From assembly GCA_003144275.1 (NCBI GenBank), contig NJBF01000006.1, positions 60,001 to 92,000 of the forward strand: a stretch of DNA of 32,000 nucleotides, in the 5' to 3' direction. A program made the position numbers and the translations under genes. The DNA is from Candidatus Heimdallarchaeota archaeon B3_Heim. Lineage in GTDB: Archaea > Asgardarchaeota > Heimdallarchaeia > Hodarchaeales > Hodarchaeaceae. The notes beneath the pieces were generated by a model, which made no database searches, was not told the origin of the DNA, and worked only from the letters and a program-made list of their open reading frames with translations. Every line of letters starts with the position of its first letter. The first letter of the stretch is position 1. Shown piece by piece: positions 17,521 to 27,184 of the stretch.

Positions 17521-17679
17521 TTAGTGAATAAATCTATAATAATAGAATATGAGGGTTTAATTCTGATTTTAAGTACAAAAAACACTTCTAATAAGTTGTG
17601 AATAAAATAATTCAGACATTTCAGTATACTTAGGCTTTTGAATTAAAGTCCAGCATGCTAGTTTAAGGATATTTCTCTG

Positions 17680-18528
17680 ATGATTGATCTTCTTGCTGCT
17701 ATACTCATGGCTCTATTTCAAGGAATTATTGAATGGCTTCCGATCTCCTCAGAGGGCCAATTATCATTACTATTTGTAACAATATATGGTCTCGATGAAT
17801 TAGCTGCTGTAACACTAGCCCTATTTTTACATCTGGGTACAATGATGTCAGTCATCTGGTACTTTAGAAAAGACTTACTAGAAATGGTGGATCAACATTC
17901 ACCAATTTTTGAAATAATGATCCTTACCACAATTGGAACAGCTTTAACAGCCGTGCCAATTGTATTAATCTTCAAGACTTATTGGGTATCCTTTACAACC
18001 AACCTTATTATTCCTGCAGACCTTCTTTTTACAATAATTGTAGGAAGTTTGCTAATTCTTACTGGTTTAGTTTTGAAGAAACAATCAGATCAGGGCACTA
18101 GAGAAATATATTCAGTGACACGAAAAGAAGCTTTTTTACTAGGTCTCGCCCAAGGAATTGCTGCATTACCCGGCATTAGTCGAAGTGGGATGACGATTAC
18201 ATTCTTGCTTATAATCGGGATCATGCATAAAGATGCATTTAAGATTAGTTTCTTGATATCAATTCCCGCAGTATTAGGAGCCACGTCATTAGAGTTTCTA
18301 TTAGAAGGTTTTCAGATAGATTTTACTGGTATGACTGTCGGAAATGTATTTTTTCCATTCCCATTATTAGTCTTCTCAATCTTCTTAACAGCTATCATCG
18401 GAATCTTAACGATGGATTTATTACTAAACCTTAAGAAAATACCTTACGATAAATTCTGTTTCGCCTTTGGTACCACAACTATTTTATTAGGTTTCTTGTT
18501 TTTCTTTATTAGAGTAGTGAGTGCTTAA
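17680..18528 (+). CDS. uppP: Undecaprenyl/polyprenyl-diphosphate phosphatase (BacA/UppP)
   Basis: QGIIEWLPISSEGQL and AQGIAALPGISRSGMTI motifs, SFLISIPAVLGA. Confidence 0.93.
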   Translation: MIDLLAAILMALFQGIIEWLPISSEGQLSLLFVTIYGLDELAAVTLALFLHLGTMMSVIWYFRKDLLEMVDQHSPIFEIMILTTIGTALTAVPIVLIFKTYWVSFTTNLIIPADLLFTIIVGSLLILTGLVLKKQSDQGTREIYSVTRKEAFLLGLAQGIAALPGISRSGMTITFLLIIGIMHKDAFKISFLISIPAVLGATSLEFLLEGFQIDFTGMTVGNVFFPFPLLVFSIFLTAIIGILTMDLLLNLKKIPYDKFCFAFGTTTILLGFLFFFIRVVSA

Positions 18529-19886
18529 TGACAATACTTACAACACATCTAAGCTTAGCAGGGATAGCTTTTTGGTCCTTTCTTTCCCCCACAGATAAAA
18601 ATAACTTTAAAGAGAAGAAATATCTTTTCTGGATTGTCTTAGCCTTTTCTATCATCCCAGATGTTGACATCTTCTTGGGGATACATCGTGGGTTATCTCA
18701 TAGTCTTATCCCTCCGACATTATTGGTCATTCTTGGGATTAGTATCCACATTTTGAATCGTTATAATATTGGTCTTGGAAATAATAGCACTGGGAATCCA
18801 ATTCACCATAAAAATGCTTTTAGGGGACGACTTTTCCTGTACGCAGGCCTTTTATGGATTTTTCATATATTATTGGACTTTCAATATCCCTTGGCGATTT
18901 TTTACCCCCTCTCTGATCGTCTTTATCAGCTTGATTTTGTTTATCTTCTTAGTTTAGTCCCATGGTTATTCTTTCCAGTTATGATAGTCGGAGCAGAATT
19001 TCATCTAACGAGTATCTCCTATTTAAGGGGAATTGCAAGTTATTTCGTAAATCTACCCCCCTCTGAAAGAATAGAAGTTTTTGGGACAGATGTTATTGCA
19101 ATACGCATAGACGATATTTTTATTCACTTGTTCCTCCTTCTAATCTTCCTCCAAGTCACGAGACCAATGTTACCCAAACTTTCAACGCAATGGGTTCGGA
19201 CCCTAAGATCACGGATGGACTATGACGGCTATGTCATGACGACAGGAGTGGTACTATTACTAATTGGTATGGTCATGGGGCCTATGATTGGAACTCAAGT
19301 TATTGACTCTAGCTCAAATAATTCTTCTTTCAACATTTCACCCACATCTTTTGCTCCTTCTGTTGCATTGTCCATAGAACCAACGAATTATTTTTTCCAA
19401 CCACAAACAATTATAAAAGTGCGTGGTTCCTTAATAGTCGAACCTCAGAGTGGTGATTTTGATCATATCCTACTAATTTCCTCTCAAGAACACTACAACT
19501 CCTTTAACCAAGATCTCTCCTCACTATTCAAGCAAAAACCTCCCAATTCGAGCGAAAATCTTGCCTCGTTCAGGAGTAATTATTCGATTCTACTAGATCA
19601 GTTATATAGCACAACACTGGCTATGAATTTTACAAACATTGATGAAACAACGATCTATACACAGATTCTTAGCAGTCCTGTAATTGTTGTAGGCGTAATG
19701 GAAAACTGGAATGATTCACTGTTACTCAGTGGATATGAACAAAGTATGTCTGCTCAACTCACAATCACTGTTACAACAAGTCGTTTATCCCTTTTTATTA
19801 TTGGTCTAGGGGCGATGGCTGTTGGATGCGTAGCGATCATCATTTCCGTTAAATTAAAAAAGCACAATATCAATAATTTACCATAG
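18528..19886 (+). CDS. YdjM-type membrane-bound metal-dependent hydrolase with a long C-terminal membrane-anchored extension
   Basis: TTH, SIIPDVD...HRGLSHS, FHILLD motifs. TAATG 1-nt overlap with uppP. Confidence 0.82.
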   Translation: MTILTTHLSLAGIAFWSFLSPTDKNNFKEKKYLFWIVLAFSIIPDVDIFLGIHRGLSHSLIPPTLLVILGISIHILNRYNIGLGNNSTGNPIHHKNAFRGRLFLYAGLLWIFHILLDFQYPLAIFYPLSDRLYQLDFVYLLSLVPWLFFPVMIVGAEFHLTSISYLRGIASYFVNLPPSERIEVFGTDVIAIRIDDIFIHLFLLLIFLQVTRPMLPKLSTQWVRTLRSRMDYDGYVMTTGVVLLLIGMVMGPMIGTQVIDSSSNNSSFNISPTSFAPSVALSIEPTNYFFQPQTIIKVRGSLIVEPQSGDFDHILLISSQEHYNSFNQDLSSLFKQKPPNSSENLASFRSNYSILLDQLYSTTLAMNFTNIDETTIYTQILSSPVIVVGVMENWNDSLLLSGYEQSMSAQLTITVTTSRLSLFIIGLGAMAVGCVAIIISVKLKKHNINNLP

Positions 19887-19932
19887 ACTCATAATCAAAT
19901 ATTTACTGAAAAATACAATAGGTGCTGTACAT

Positions 19933-20118
19933 ATGCCTTCCTATCGTTGTCAAAGCTGTGGGAAAACAATATCTCCCATTCCACAACACTGTGGAAAAGA
20001 TATGGTCATAGGGGAAATTAATGGAGCTCCAAGTTTAATTTGTGTCAATGGTGAAGATTGTCATCATGAACCACTCCCCAAATGCTGTAGTATGCCTGGT
20101 TACACACGGTGGATTTAG
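19933..20118 (+). CDS. Small Cys/His-rich metal-binding protein (61 aa)
   Basis: CxxC, HCGKDM, CxxxxxCHH and CC in 61 aa; internal duplication PIPQHC / PLPKCC. ATG start with GGTG upstream. Confidence 0.65.
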   Translation: MPSYRCQSCGKTISPIPQHCGKDMVIGEINGAPSLICVNGEDCHHEPLPKCCSMPGYTRWI

Positions 20119-20127
20119 TTCATTTTT

Positions 20128-21351
20128 TCAGTTAAGAAAAGCATTTAAATACTTAATAAATGGGAATGCAAGAGTCACCTTTAGTGGAACACGACAATGA
20201 ACCACGGCATTCACATCTGACGATTTTAACCTATTCAGGTACCATTGAACTTGACTATCACGTCCAGATGATATTTTATCGAACAGTCGTCTTAATTTAT
20301 ATGCACGTGTGAACATTGTCATCATCTGTTCTTTCCATTTAGTCTGATAATCAAGAAGTGATCCATTTCCAGTTAGATAATTATGGATTGATTCTGCAAC
20401 AATAGATCCAGCTACCATAGATGTTGGTATACCACCTCCAACGCTGGAAACAACTTGACATGCGGAATCCCCTACTAATAGTGTATTTGACTGTTCATCA
20501 ACGGTTTTTTTCAGCGGTAATCCGACTGGGACAAGACCTCCAATTGTCGAGTCGATTGTAGCTGACTGTAACAATTCACTTACGAATGGATGCTCTGAGG
20601 TAAAATTTTCCAATGCTTTGGATACTGTGATTTTGCCTTTAGTCATGGGGGTTCGTAGTCCAACTCCTACATTGGCAGTATTTCCATTTTTCGGAATCAC
20701 CCAAGCATATGCTCCTGGAGCGTAGTTCTCCCCGAAAAACATCTGTATATCTGTGGGATCATAATCTGGGGAATCTATGTTGGTCATTACATGTTGTTTA
20801 GCATAAACAAAATGCTCTGTATTCCTTTTTTCAGAGAGCCCAGTCCATCTAGCTATTCGGGATCGGGCACCATCTGCTCCAACAATTACTTGTGCTTTTA
20901 TAGGTTCAGGAGTTGATCCCTCACGGGAAATCCAAACGGAATTCTTGACCTTGTTTACAGCTCGCGCCGATCTCCAAATCTGTGCTCCAGCTTTTTCAGC
21001 AGAAATAAGTAAATCTTCATTCCAAGCTCCCCGATGTAATGTATATCCTTCAAAAGGAGTTTGGATGATTTTTCCCATCGGGGAATGAAAACTTATTCGG
21101 TTAGTTCTGGAACTTATGTATTTTGATTCAAAGGTATAAAAATTAAGTGCATCGGGAACATCAGGAGTGAGAATAGCCATTTCCTCTGGAGAGGGCATAA
21201 ATTCTCCACATTGCACAGGGAAACCTGGTCGTTCTCGTTTGTCTATACCAAGTATTGAAAGGTCTTTGCCTGCTATTTTTGTTAAGTTTTTCAACGTGGA
21301 TGCTCCAGCTGGACCTAATCCTACAACTAGCACATCAACTTTCATGATCAT
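20128..21351 (-). CDS. Geranylgeranyl reductase family flavoprotein (DGGGPL reductase-like)
   Basis: VLVVGLGPAGA, PVQCGE, IVGADG, YAWVIPK, LLVGDSACQV...GGGI. Likely start at 21351 or 21345 (track TTG 21363). Confidence 0.92.
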   Translation of the reverse strand: MIMKVDVLVVGLGPAGASTLKNLTKIAGKDLSILGIDKRERPGFPVQCGEFMPSPEEMAILTPDVPDALNFYTFESKYISSRTNRISFHSPMGKIIQTPFEGYTLHRGAWNEDLLISAEKAGAQIWRSARAVNKVKNSVWISREGSTPEPIKAQVIVGADGARSRIARWTGLSEKRNTEHFVYAKQHVMTNIDSPDYDPTDIQMFFGENYAPGAYAWVIPKNGNTANVGVGLRTPMTKGKITVSKALENFTSEHPFVSELLQSATIDSTIGGLVPVGLPLKKTVDEQSNTLLVGDSACQVVSSVGGGIPTSMVAGSIVAESIHNYLTGNGSLLDYQTKWKEQMMTMFTRAYKLRRLFDKISSGRDSQVQWYLNRLKSSDVNAVVHCRVPLKVTLAFPFIKYLNAFLN

Positions 21352-21380
21352 TGTTCCCAACAAAGACTAACAAGGAATGT

Positions 21381-22967
21381 TCAAGACTGAATGAAGTTGT
21401 TTGCAGCGTCAACGGCAAAATCAAAAATAGCTCCTGGGATCACACCGATGAGAATAATTAGAATCACTCCAATTCCAATAGCCATTGCATATGACATTGG
21501 GATTCGATAAGTTTTCATAGATTCAACATTGACTGTATGGGATTCAATTAGTTCTTCGGCTGGTGGATCGAGAATCATTAATTTTATTACTCGTATGTAA
21601 TAGAAAACAGATATTGCACTGTTGATTACTCCAATTATTGCTAACCAGATCAAATCAGCGTAAAGAGCAGAGAAAAAGATAAACAACTTGGAAATAAATC
21701 CAGCTAGAGGGGGAACACCCATTAAACTTAGAAGAGCTATTGTCATTGCAAAGACTATCCACGGATGCCGTTTCCTGAGCCCAGCATAGTCATTAATTTC
21801 CTCACTGCCTACAGAAAAGGAAACAACAATAACAACTGTAAAAGCAACAATCTTCATCACAGCGTGAGTCAGAATGTGGAACTCAGCTGCAGCAATTGAA
21901 AAACTTCCAACAGTTATATCAATGAGTCCTGTAATAGCTGCTGCAGGTTCATTTGCTGCGGCAGCTAATGCTATTAGTATATACCCCGCGTGTGCTATAC
22001 TAGAGTAAGCCAACATTCTCTTGATATTAGTTTGAACCAATGCAACTAAGTTACCAAGAGTCATTGTTAAAACAGCCAATATAGCAAAGATCATTCCCCA
22101 AATTTCTCCTAAATCCGTTAATCCCACAACGACTATTCGCATTATTGCAGCAAAACCCATCGCTTTGGATCCAGCAGCAAGAAAAGTCGTGATAGCTGTA
22201 GGGGTTCCTTGATATACATCCACTGCCCACGCATGGAAAGGAACTGCAGCCATCTTATAACCAAAACCGACAAATAGAAACATCAGTGCCAATACATGTA
22301 AAGGAGAATAACTCGATAAATCTGCAAAAGAAGCGATTACTGTTTCTAGACTTGTGGGTGTGAGGGATCCTGTTGAGCTTGTGATACCATAAATGAGTGA
22401 AATTCCAAATAATATGAAGGCTGAAGACATTGCACCGATTAAAAAGAATTTCAACGCACTTTCGCTGGTTTCAGCTCTTGATTTCTGGTACGCTGCAAGA
22501 GAATATACTGGGAGAGAGCCCAGTTCCCAAGCTACAAATATTAAAAGTAGATCATTTGCTGCAACTAGAACCATCATGCCAATAGTAGCCAGGATGAGAA
22601 GTGAGTAATAGACACCCAAATTGTAGTCGGTTTTCATATAGTCACTACTAGATATGGCTACGAAAACTAATACAATGAGAAAAATAATTGCAAAGAATCG
22701 AAAGAAATCATCGATAATGAATAACCCAGAAGGATGGGTGTGTGTGTGTGTTGTTTGGACATCGAGGAAATCAACAGGATTCCCAAAAAGATAAGAAATA
22801 TCACCATTTACACTTAAAATAACACTATAGAGTGAGAGAAATCCACCAATAATAGTGATAGGGGGAGTGAATCTCCTTGCTATATTGAACGCTTCAAGAA
22901 GAAGACATATGATCATAGTTCCTATTAATATTAGGAAGGGTAACAGTATAATGGCGATATTACTCAT
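21381..22967 (-). CDS. nuoN: Complex I-like subunit N
   Basis: AWELGSLP, ESALKFFLIG, GYKMAAVPFHAW, NIKRMLAYSSIAHAG, FISKL; last gene of the membrane arm. Confidence 0.95.
   Translation of the reverse strand: MSNIAIILLPFLILIGTMIICLLLEAFNIARRFTPPITIIGGFLSLYSVILSVNGDISYLFGNPVDFLDVQTTHTHTHPSGLFIIDDFFRFFAIIFLIVLVFVAISSSDYMKTDYNLGVYYSLLILATIGMMVLVAANDLLLIFVAWELGSLPVYSLAAYQKSRAETSESALKFFLIGAMSSAFILFGISLIYGITSSTGSLTPTSLETVIASFADLSSYSPLHVLALMFLFVGFGYKMAAVPFHAWAVDVYQGTPTAITTFLAAGSKAMGFAAIMRIVVVGLTDLGEIWGMIFAILAVLTMTLGNLVALVQTNIKRMLAYSSIAHAGYILIALAAAANEPAAAITGLIDITVGSFSIAAAEFHILTHAVMKIVAFTVVIVVSFSVGSEEINDYAGLRKRHPWIVFAMTIALLSLMGVPPLAGFISKLFIFFSALYADLIWLAIIGVINSAISVFYYIRVIKLMILDPPAEELIESHTVNVESMKTYRIPMSYAMAIGIGVILIILIGVIPGAIFDFAVDAANNFIQS
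22738..22750. repeat. (GT)6G dinucleotide tract inside nuoN, encoding HTHTH
   Basis: GTGTGTGTGTGTG read directly from the sequence. Confidence 0.8.
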
Positions 22968-22982
22968 TTTTTCATTTCACCT

Positions 22983-24545
22983 TTAGAATTGAGATTCGAA
23001 AAATGCTGTTGCTTCAGTCATCATATCTAGCAGCAATGCTGGGAAAAGTCCCAATATTAAAGTAAAGAGACTTAATAATCCAAGTACGGAATATTGTGAC
23101 CAATGGGATACATCATGGGCATGTGAAAGTTCAGGATTCTTATCACCAAAAACAGTTCTTTGTAACATCCAAAGATAATATGCTGCTGTAAAGATAATTC
23201 CGAAAATAGCTATAAAAGCCAGAACTGGTACCCATTCAAAGAGAGCAATGAATACTAATAGTTCTGACCAAAATCCCGCAAGTCCTGGCAAACCTGCACT
23301 TGCAAATGAGGCAAAAACTAACACTGCCGCAGTTATAGGCATATGTTTGGCTATACCACGTAATTTAGGGATATCTCTAGTATGTGCAGAATGTCCTATT
23401 GTTCCAGCTATAAAGAACAATAAAGGAGATATGATTCCGTGAGCTATTTGCATAAATTGTGCTCCAGCGAATCCTTCCTCTGTTTGAGCAGCAACTCCAA
23501 GAAGAACGATTCCCATATGGCCAACACTACTGTAAGCTACAAGAGATTTCATATCTACCTGTCTTAAAGCAACCCACGCACCATATAGCAAGGAAACAAT
23601 TCCTATTACAGCTACTAACCAAGCAAATTCCGTTAAGGCGTGGGGTAGAAACCACCCACTCATACGCATTAGACCATACCCACCCATTTTCAATAATAAT
23701 CCAGCCAATATCATAGATCCAGGAGTTGGGGCTTCAACATGCGCTAAGGGAAGCCAAGTGTGAAAAGGTACGCTTGGTACTTTGACGATAAATCCAAACA
23801 GTAATGCCAAGAATATTAATAATACAAAAGTCTCTGCTCCAAAATCTATTTGTCTCAGGAGATCAAATGAGAAAGTTCCACCACCGCCTGTGACCTCTGG
23901 ATAATCTGCTGACTTTAGCCAAATACCGATTATTCCTAACAGCATAACCATAGATGCTACATGTGTATATATGAAAAAGTAGATTGCAGCATATTCCCGT
24001 CGGGGTCCACCCCAAATACCTATTAGGAAGAACATTGGTACAAGCACCAATTCCCAAGCAACATAAAAGATTACAAAATCTGTAGCGAGAAAAGTACCCA
24101 AGACACCTGTCTCTAACAATAGAATCATTGCATAATAAGCAGGTTCTCTTTCATGAATATCCTTGAATGAAGCAAGTATTGCGATACAGAATATGAACCC
24201 ACTTAAGAGAACTAAAGGCATGCTTAGCCCATCAACTCCAAGTGAAAAATTCATTCCTATCGATTCAATCCAAGGAATATTTACCACTAACGTCCAACCA
24301 CCGCTAGCAAGAGCATCACGATTTGCATGCATAGAAGAATCCAATAATGAATGGTTTTCATACATCATCCAAGCCAATATAGCAAGACCAAACGTGATTA
24401 CGCTCATTAGCAGCGCAAAATAGCGTGCAAATCCTTCACGCACACGGCCAATAAACCATGTGGGTAGTGCAGCTAGAATTGGTAGAAGGAAAATAAGAGT
24501 TAACACTCCGATTCCGTTTTCACCAAATAATATTTGTGTTATCAT
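22983..24545 (-). CDS. nuoM: Complex I-like subunit M
   Basis: LGVDGLS, AWELVLVP, VKVPSVPFHTWLPLAHVEAP, LLKMGGYG, FWSE. ATG at 24545 is preferred over TTG at 24554. Confidence 0.96.
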   Translation of the reverse strand: MITQILFGENGIGVLTLIFLLPILAALPTWFIGRVREGFARYFALLMSVITFGLAILAWMMYENHSLLDSSMHANRDALASGGWTLVVNIPWIESIGMNFSLGVDGLSMPLVLLSGFIFCIAILASFKDIHEREPAYYAMILLLETGVLGTFLATDFVIFYVAWELVLVPMFFLIGIWGGPRREYAAIYFFIYTHVASMVMLLGIIGIWLKSADYPEVTGGGGTFSFDLLRQIDFGAETFVLLIFLALLFGFIVKVPSVPFHTWLPLAHVEAPTPGSMILAGLLLKMGGYGLMRMSGWFLPHALTEFAWLVAVIGIVSLLYGAWVALRQVDMKSLVAYSSVGHMGIVLLGVAAQTEEGFAGAQFMQIAHGIISPLLFFIAGTIGHSAHTRDIPKLRGIAKHMPITAAVLVFASFASAGLPGLAGFWSELLVFIALFEWVPVLAFIAIFGIIFTAAYYLWMLQRTVFGDKNPELSHAHDVSHWSQYSVLGLLSLFTLILGLFPALLLDMMTEATAFFESQF

Positions 24546-24565
24546 TGTCTTCAACCTTCAATTTT

Positions 24566-26854
24566 TTAGAGGGGAAATACCCCTGCCATTAGTAAACCGA
24601 TGATAATAATTGCAATTGCACCCAGTAAGGAGTACAGTGCGTAATTTTCGACTACTCCCGTTTGAACGTGACTCATATATCTCCCAGTCTTCATAACACC
24701 TTTAGCTGAGCCCCTTATTAACCCTTGATCGATGATTCGTTCATCTGTTGCTTTTGCTAAACTACACAATGCAACTGAGGCACGACCTGTTAAACGAACC
24801 AAACCATCTATAACCGTATCATCCCACCACTTAGAAAAACCACAGAGCGCAAAACCAATTCTTCCAGTTAATCTCACAGCTCGATCGAAGACGTTCTTCT
24901 CGATCCAGTTCATAGCTTCACAATAGTACTCATAGAATAGATGAACAAGTTTCAGATATAGGGTATCAATATAATATCCATTTTCCAATATTAGTTGAAC
25001 TCCCCGACCAGGTGCTGAAGCCTTTACTCCACGTACAAAAGATCGAACTTTCAATTGAATATTTGTAATTCTATCAGATGGTGCCTCAGGTACATCTATT
25101 TTGAAGGAAGGTTCATCTTTTGGAAAAGTGATTTGAGCTTTTGCACGGGGGTAGTAAATCAAATACGCTAGAGCTATTCCAATAGTGGTTACAAAAATTG
25201 AGGTGCTACCTGTCTCAAAATCGAAAACTGGCCCTATTCCACCTTCTAACCATTCCACCATATGGTGTTCAATATTAAAAAGTGAAAAAAGCTCAATTTT
25301 GAACGTACTTCCTATCAGACCAACTGAATATATTCCCGCTAATACCAATGATACAATAGCTAGGATCCATAATGGTTTAGTCATCCATCCATCAGATTCA
25401 TGAATATCATGACCAGAACGATTTTCGCCTGGAAAAACTAGGAACCACATTCTAGAAATGTAAAATGCTGTTAAGAACGCTGTAATTAACGCAGAAAGCC
25501 AAACTAGCGCGATTAATGGTTCATGTACTATATGGTTCCTTGCATGTGAAATAATTGCATCTTTGCTAAAGAATCCATTTCCGAAGCCTGCAAGTGAAAG
25601 TGAGCCTATAGCCATAACCTTCCAAGTATCAGGCATATGTGATTTTAAACCACCCATTTCACGAATATCTTGCGTTCCAGATCCATGAATGACTGAACCT
25701 GCAGATAAAAAGAGCAAAGCTTTGAATATCCCATGGTTAATGACATGAAAGATAGCGACCGCCATTCCTCCCACACCTAAACCTATGGTCATATATCCTA
25801 GCTGGCTGATAGTGGAAAACGCCAAAATACCTTTGATATCTGTCTGAACTAATGCAATAGAACCGGCCATGATTGCTGTAATTCCACCAATGAGAGCAAC
25901 AATTAACAAAGCATTTGAATCTGCAAATTCAAAAACGAAGTAACTACGAGCTATCAAAAAAATTCCTGCTTTCACCATCGTTGCGCTGTGGATTAGACAG
26001 CTAACCGTAGTAGGTCCTGCCATGGCGTCAGGTAGCCATACATGAAGTGGGAATTGAGCTGATTTTCCAACAGCTCCACCAAAAATTAATAAGGCGATGA
26101 ATGCGAACAATCCGGGATCAAAGATTCCAGGAATTACTCCTGCTTCTATCATATGTCTAATTTCAATAAAATCGAAAGAGGGATGATATATTCCATGATA
26201 TCTTTGTGAAGCTGCAACAGTAACGAGATAAAGCAATATTATTCCTGCGAATAAGAAGATATCTCCTATCTTGGTTGTCAAGAACGCCTTTTTAGCTGCC
26301 GAAGCTGGATGAGGTTGTCCTTCTGGTACAACTTCTTTTTCATAGAAATAACCAATTAGTAAGTAACTGCAAACACCCATAAGTTCCCACCCGATGAAGA
26401 GTTGAATAAAATTTGGGGACAAACAAAGGGTTAACATTGCTGCTGCGAACATGTTTATTTCAGCATAATAACGAGGAGACCCCTCGTGAGACATATAACT
26501 TCTACTATACACAACCACTAGAAAAGCTATAAGAGCAACCATTAAACTTACAATAACTGAAAGAGGATCAAGAAGTACACCAATTTCTACTTTTACATCC
26601 CCTACTTGAAACCATGTTGTGACAATTTTTTCTTCTATATGTGCATGATCAAAGAGAAGACGAAAAATAATTTCGCCCGAAACAAGTAGAGTTAAAATAA
26701 GACTTCCGCCAGTTGCAATAAGTGCAATCAAATTTCCGTGTGCTTTTTTGTCATAATATTTTCCAATAAACAGTACAATGAAGGATGCTACAATTGGAAT
26801 AATTGGTATAAGAATAGCAAAATTGCCAAAAATCAGTATTACTTCTTCAGCCAT
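24566..26854 (-). CDS. nuoL: Complex I-like subunit L
   Basis: GWELMG, GKSAQFPLHVWLPDAMAGPT, IHSATMVKAG, HGIFKALLFL, GFFSKD and the C-terminal lateral helix. Confidence 0.96.
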   Translation of the reverse strand: MAEEVILIFGNFAILIPIIPIVASFIVLFIGKYYDKKAHGNLIALIATGGSLILTLLVSGEIIFRLLFDHAHIEEKIVTTWFQVGDVKVEIGVLLDPLSVIVSLMVALIAFLVVVYSRSYMSHEGSPRYYAEINMFAAAMLTLCLSPNFIQLFIGWELMGVCSYLLIGYFYEKEVVPEGQPHPASAAKKAFLTTKIGDIFLFAGIILLYLVTVAASQRYHGIYHPSFDFIEIRHMIEAGVIPGIFDPGLFAFIALLIFGGAVGKSAQFPLHVWLPDAMAGPTTVSCLIHSATMVKAGIFLIARSYFVFEFADSNALLIVALIGGITAIMAGSIALVQTDIKGILAFSTISQLGYMTIGLGVGGMAVAIFHVINHGIFKALLFLSAGSVIHGSGTQDIREMGGLKSHMPDTWKVMAIGSLSLAGFGNGFFSKDAIISHARNHIVHEPLIALVWLSALITAFLTAFYISRMWFLVFPGENRSGHDIHESDGWMTKPLWILAIVSLVLAGIYSVGLIGSTFKIELFSLFNIEHHMVEWLEGGIGPVFDFETGSTSIFVTTIGIALAYLIYYPRAKAQITFPKDEPSFKIDVPEAPSDRITNIQLKVRSFVRGVKASAPGRGVQLILENGYYIDTLYLKLVHLFYEYYCEAMNWIEKNVFDRAVRLTGRIGFALCGFSKWWDDTVIDGLVRLTGRASVALCSLAKATDERIIDQGLIRGSAKGVMKTGRYMSHVQTGVVENYALYSLLGAIAIIIIGLLMAGVFPL

Positions 26855-26872
26855 GATTTGTCACCCGAGTTT

Positions 26873-27184
26873 TTATCCTTTCAATGATTGAAAGTCTGTT
26901 GCCTCCACTGTTCCATGATTACGATAAACGGACAAAATAATTCCCAATCCTACTGCTGCTTCTGCAGCTGCCAATGCTATGCTAATAATTACTGCTATTT
27001 GTCCTGTTACAAATCCTACATCATTATAAAGTGCAAAAATTGCAAAATTGATATTCGCCGAGTTCAACATTAATTCTACTGCAATAAGCATACGTATTGC
27101 TGATTTAGATTTAATAAAACCTGCTAAACCAATGAAAAATAATAATAATGCTATACCTACAAAAATTGAAGCATCTGCGATCAT
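26873..27184 (-). CDS. nuoK: Complex I-like subunit K
   Basis: IAVELMLNSANINF and AAAEAAVGL, with both conserved Glu residues. Confidence 0.95.
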   Translation of the reverse strand: MIADASIFVGIALLLFFIGLAGFIKSKSAIRMLIAVELMLNSANINFAIFALYNDVGFVTGQIAVIISIALAAAEAAVGLGIILSVYRNHGTVEATDFQSLKG

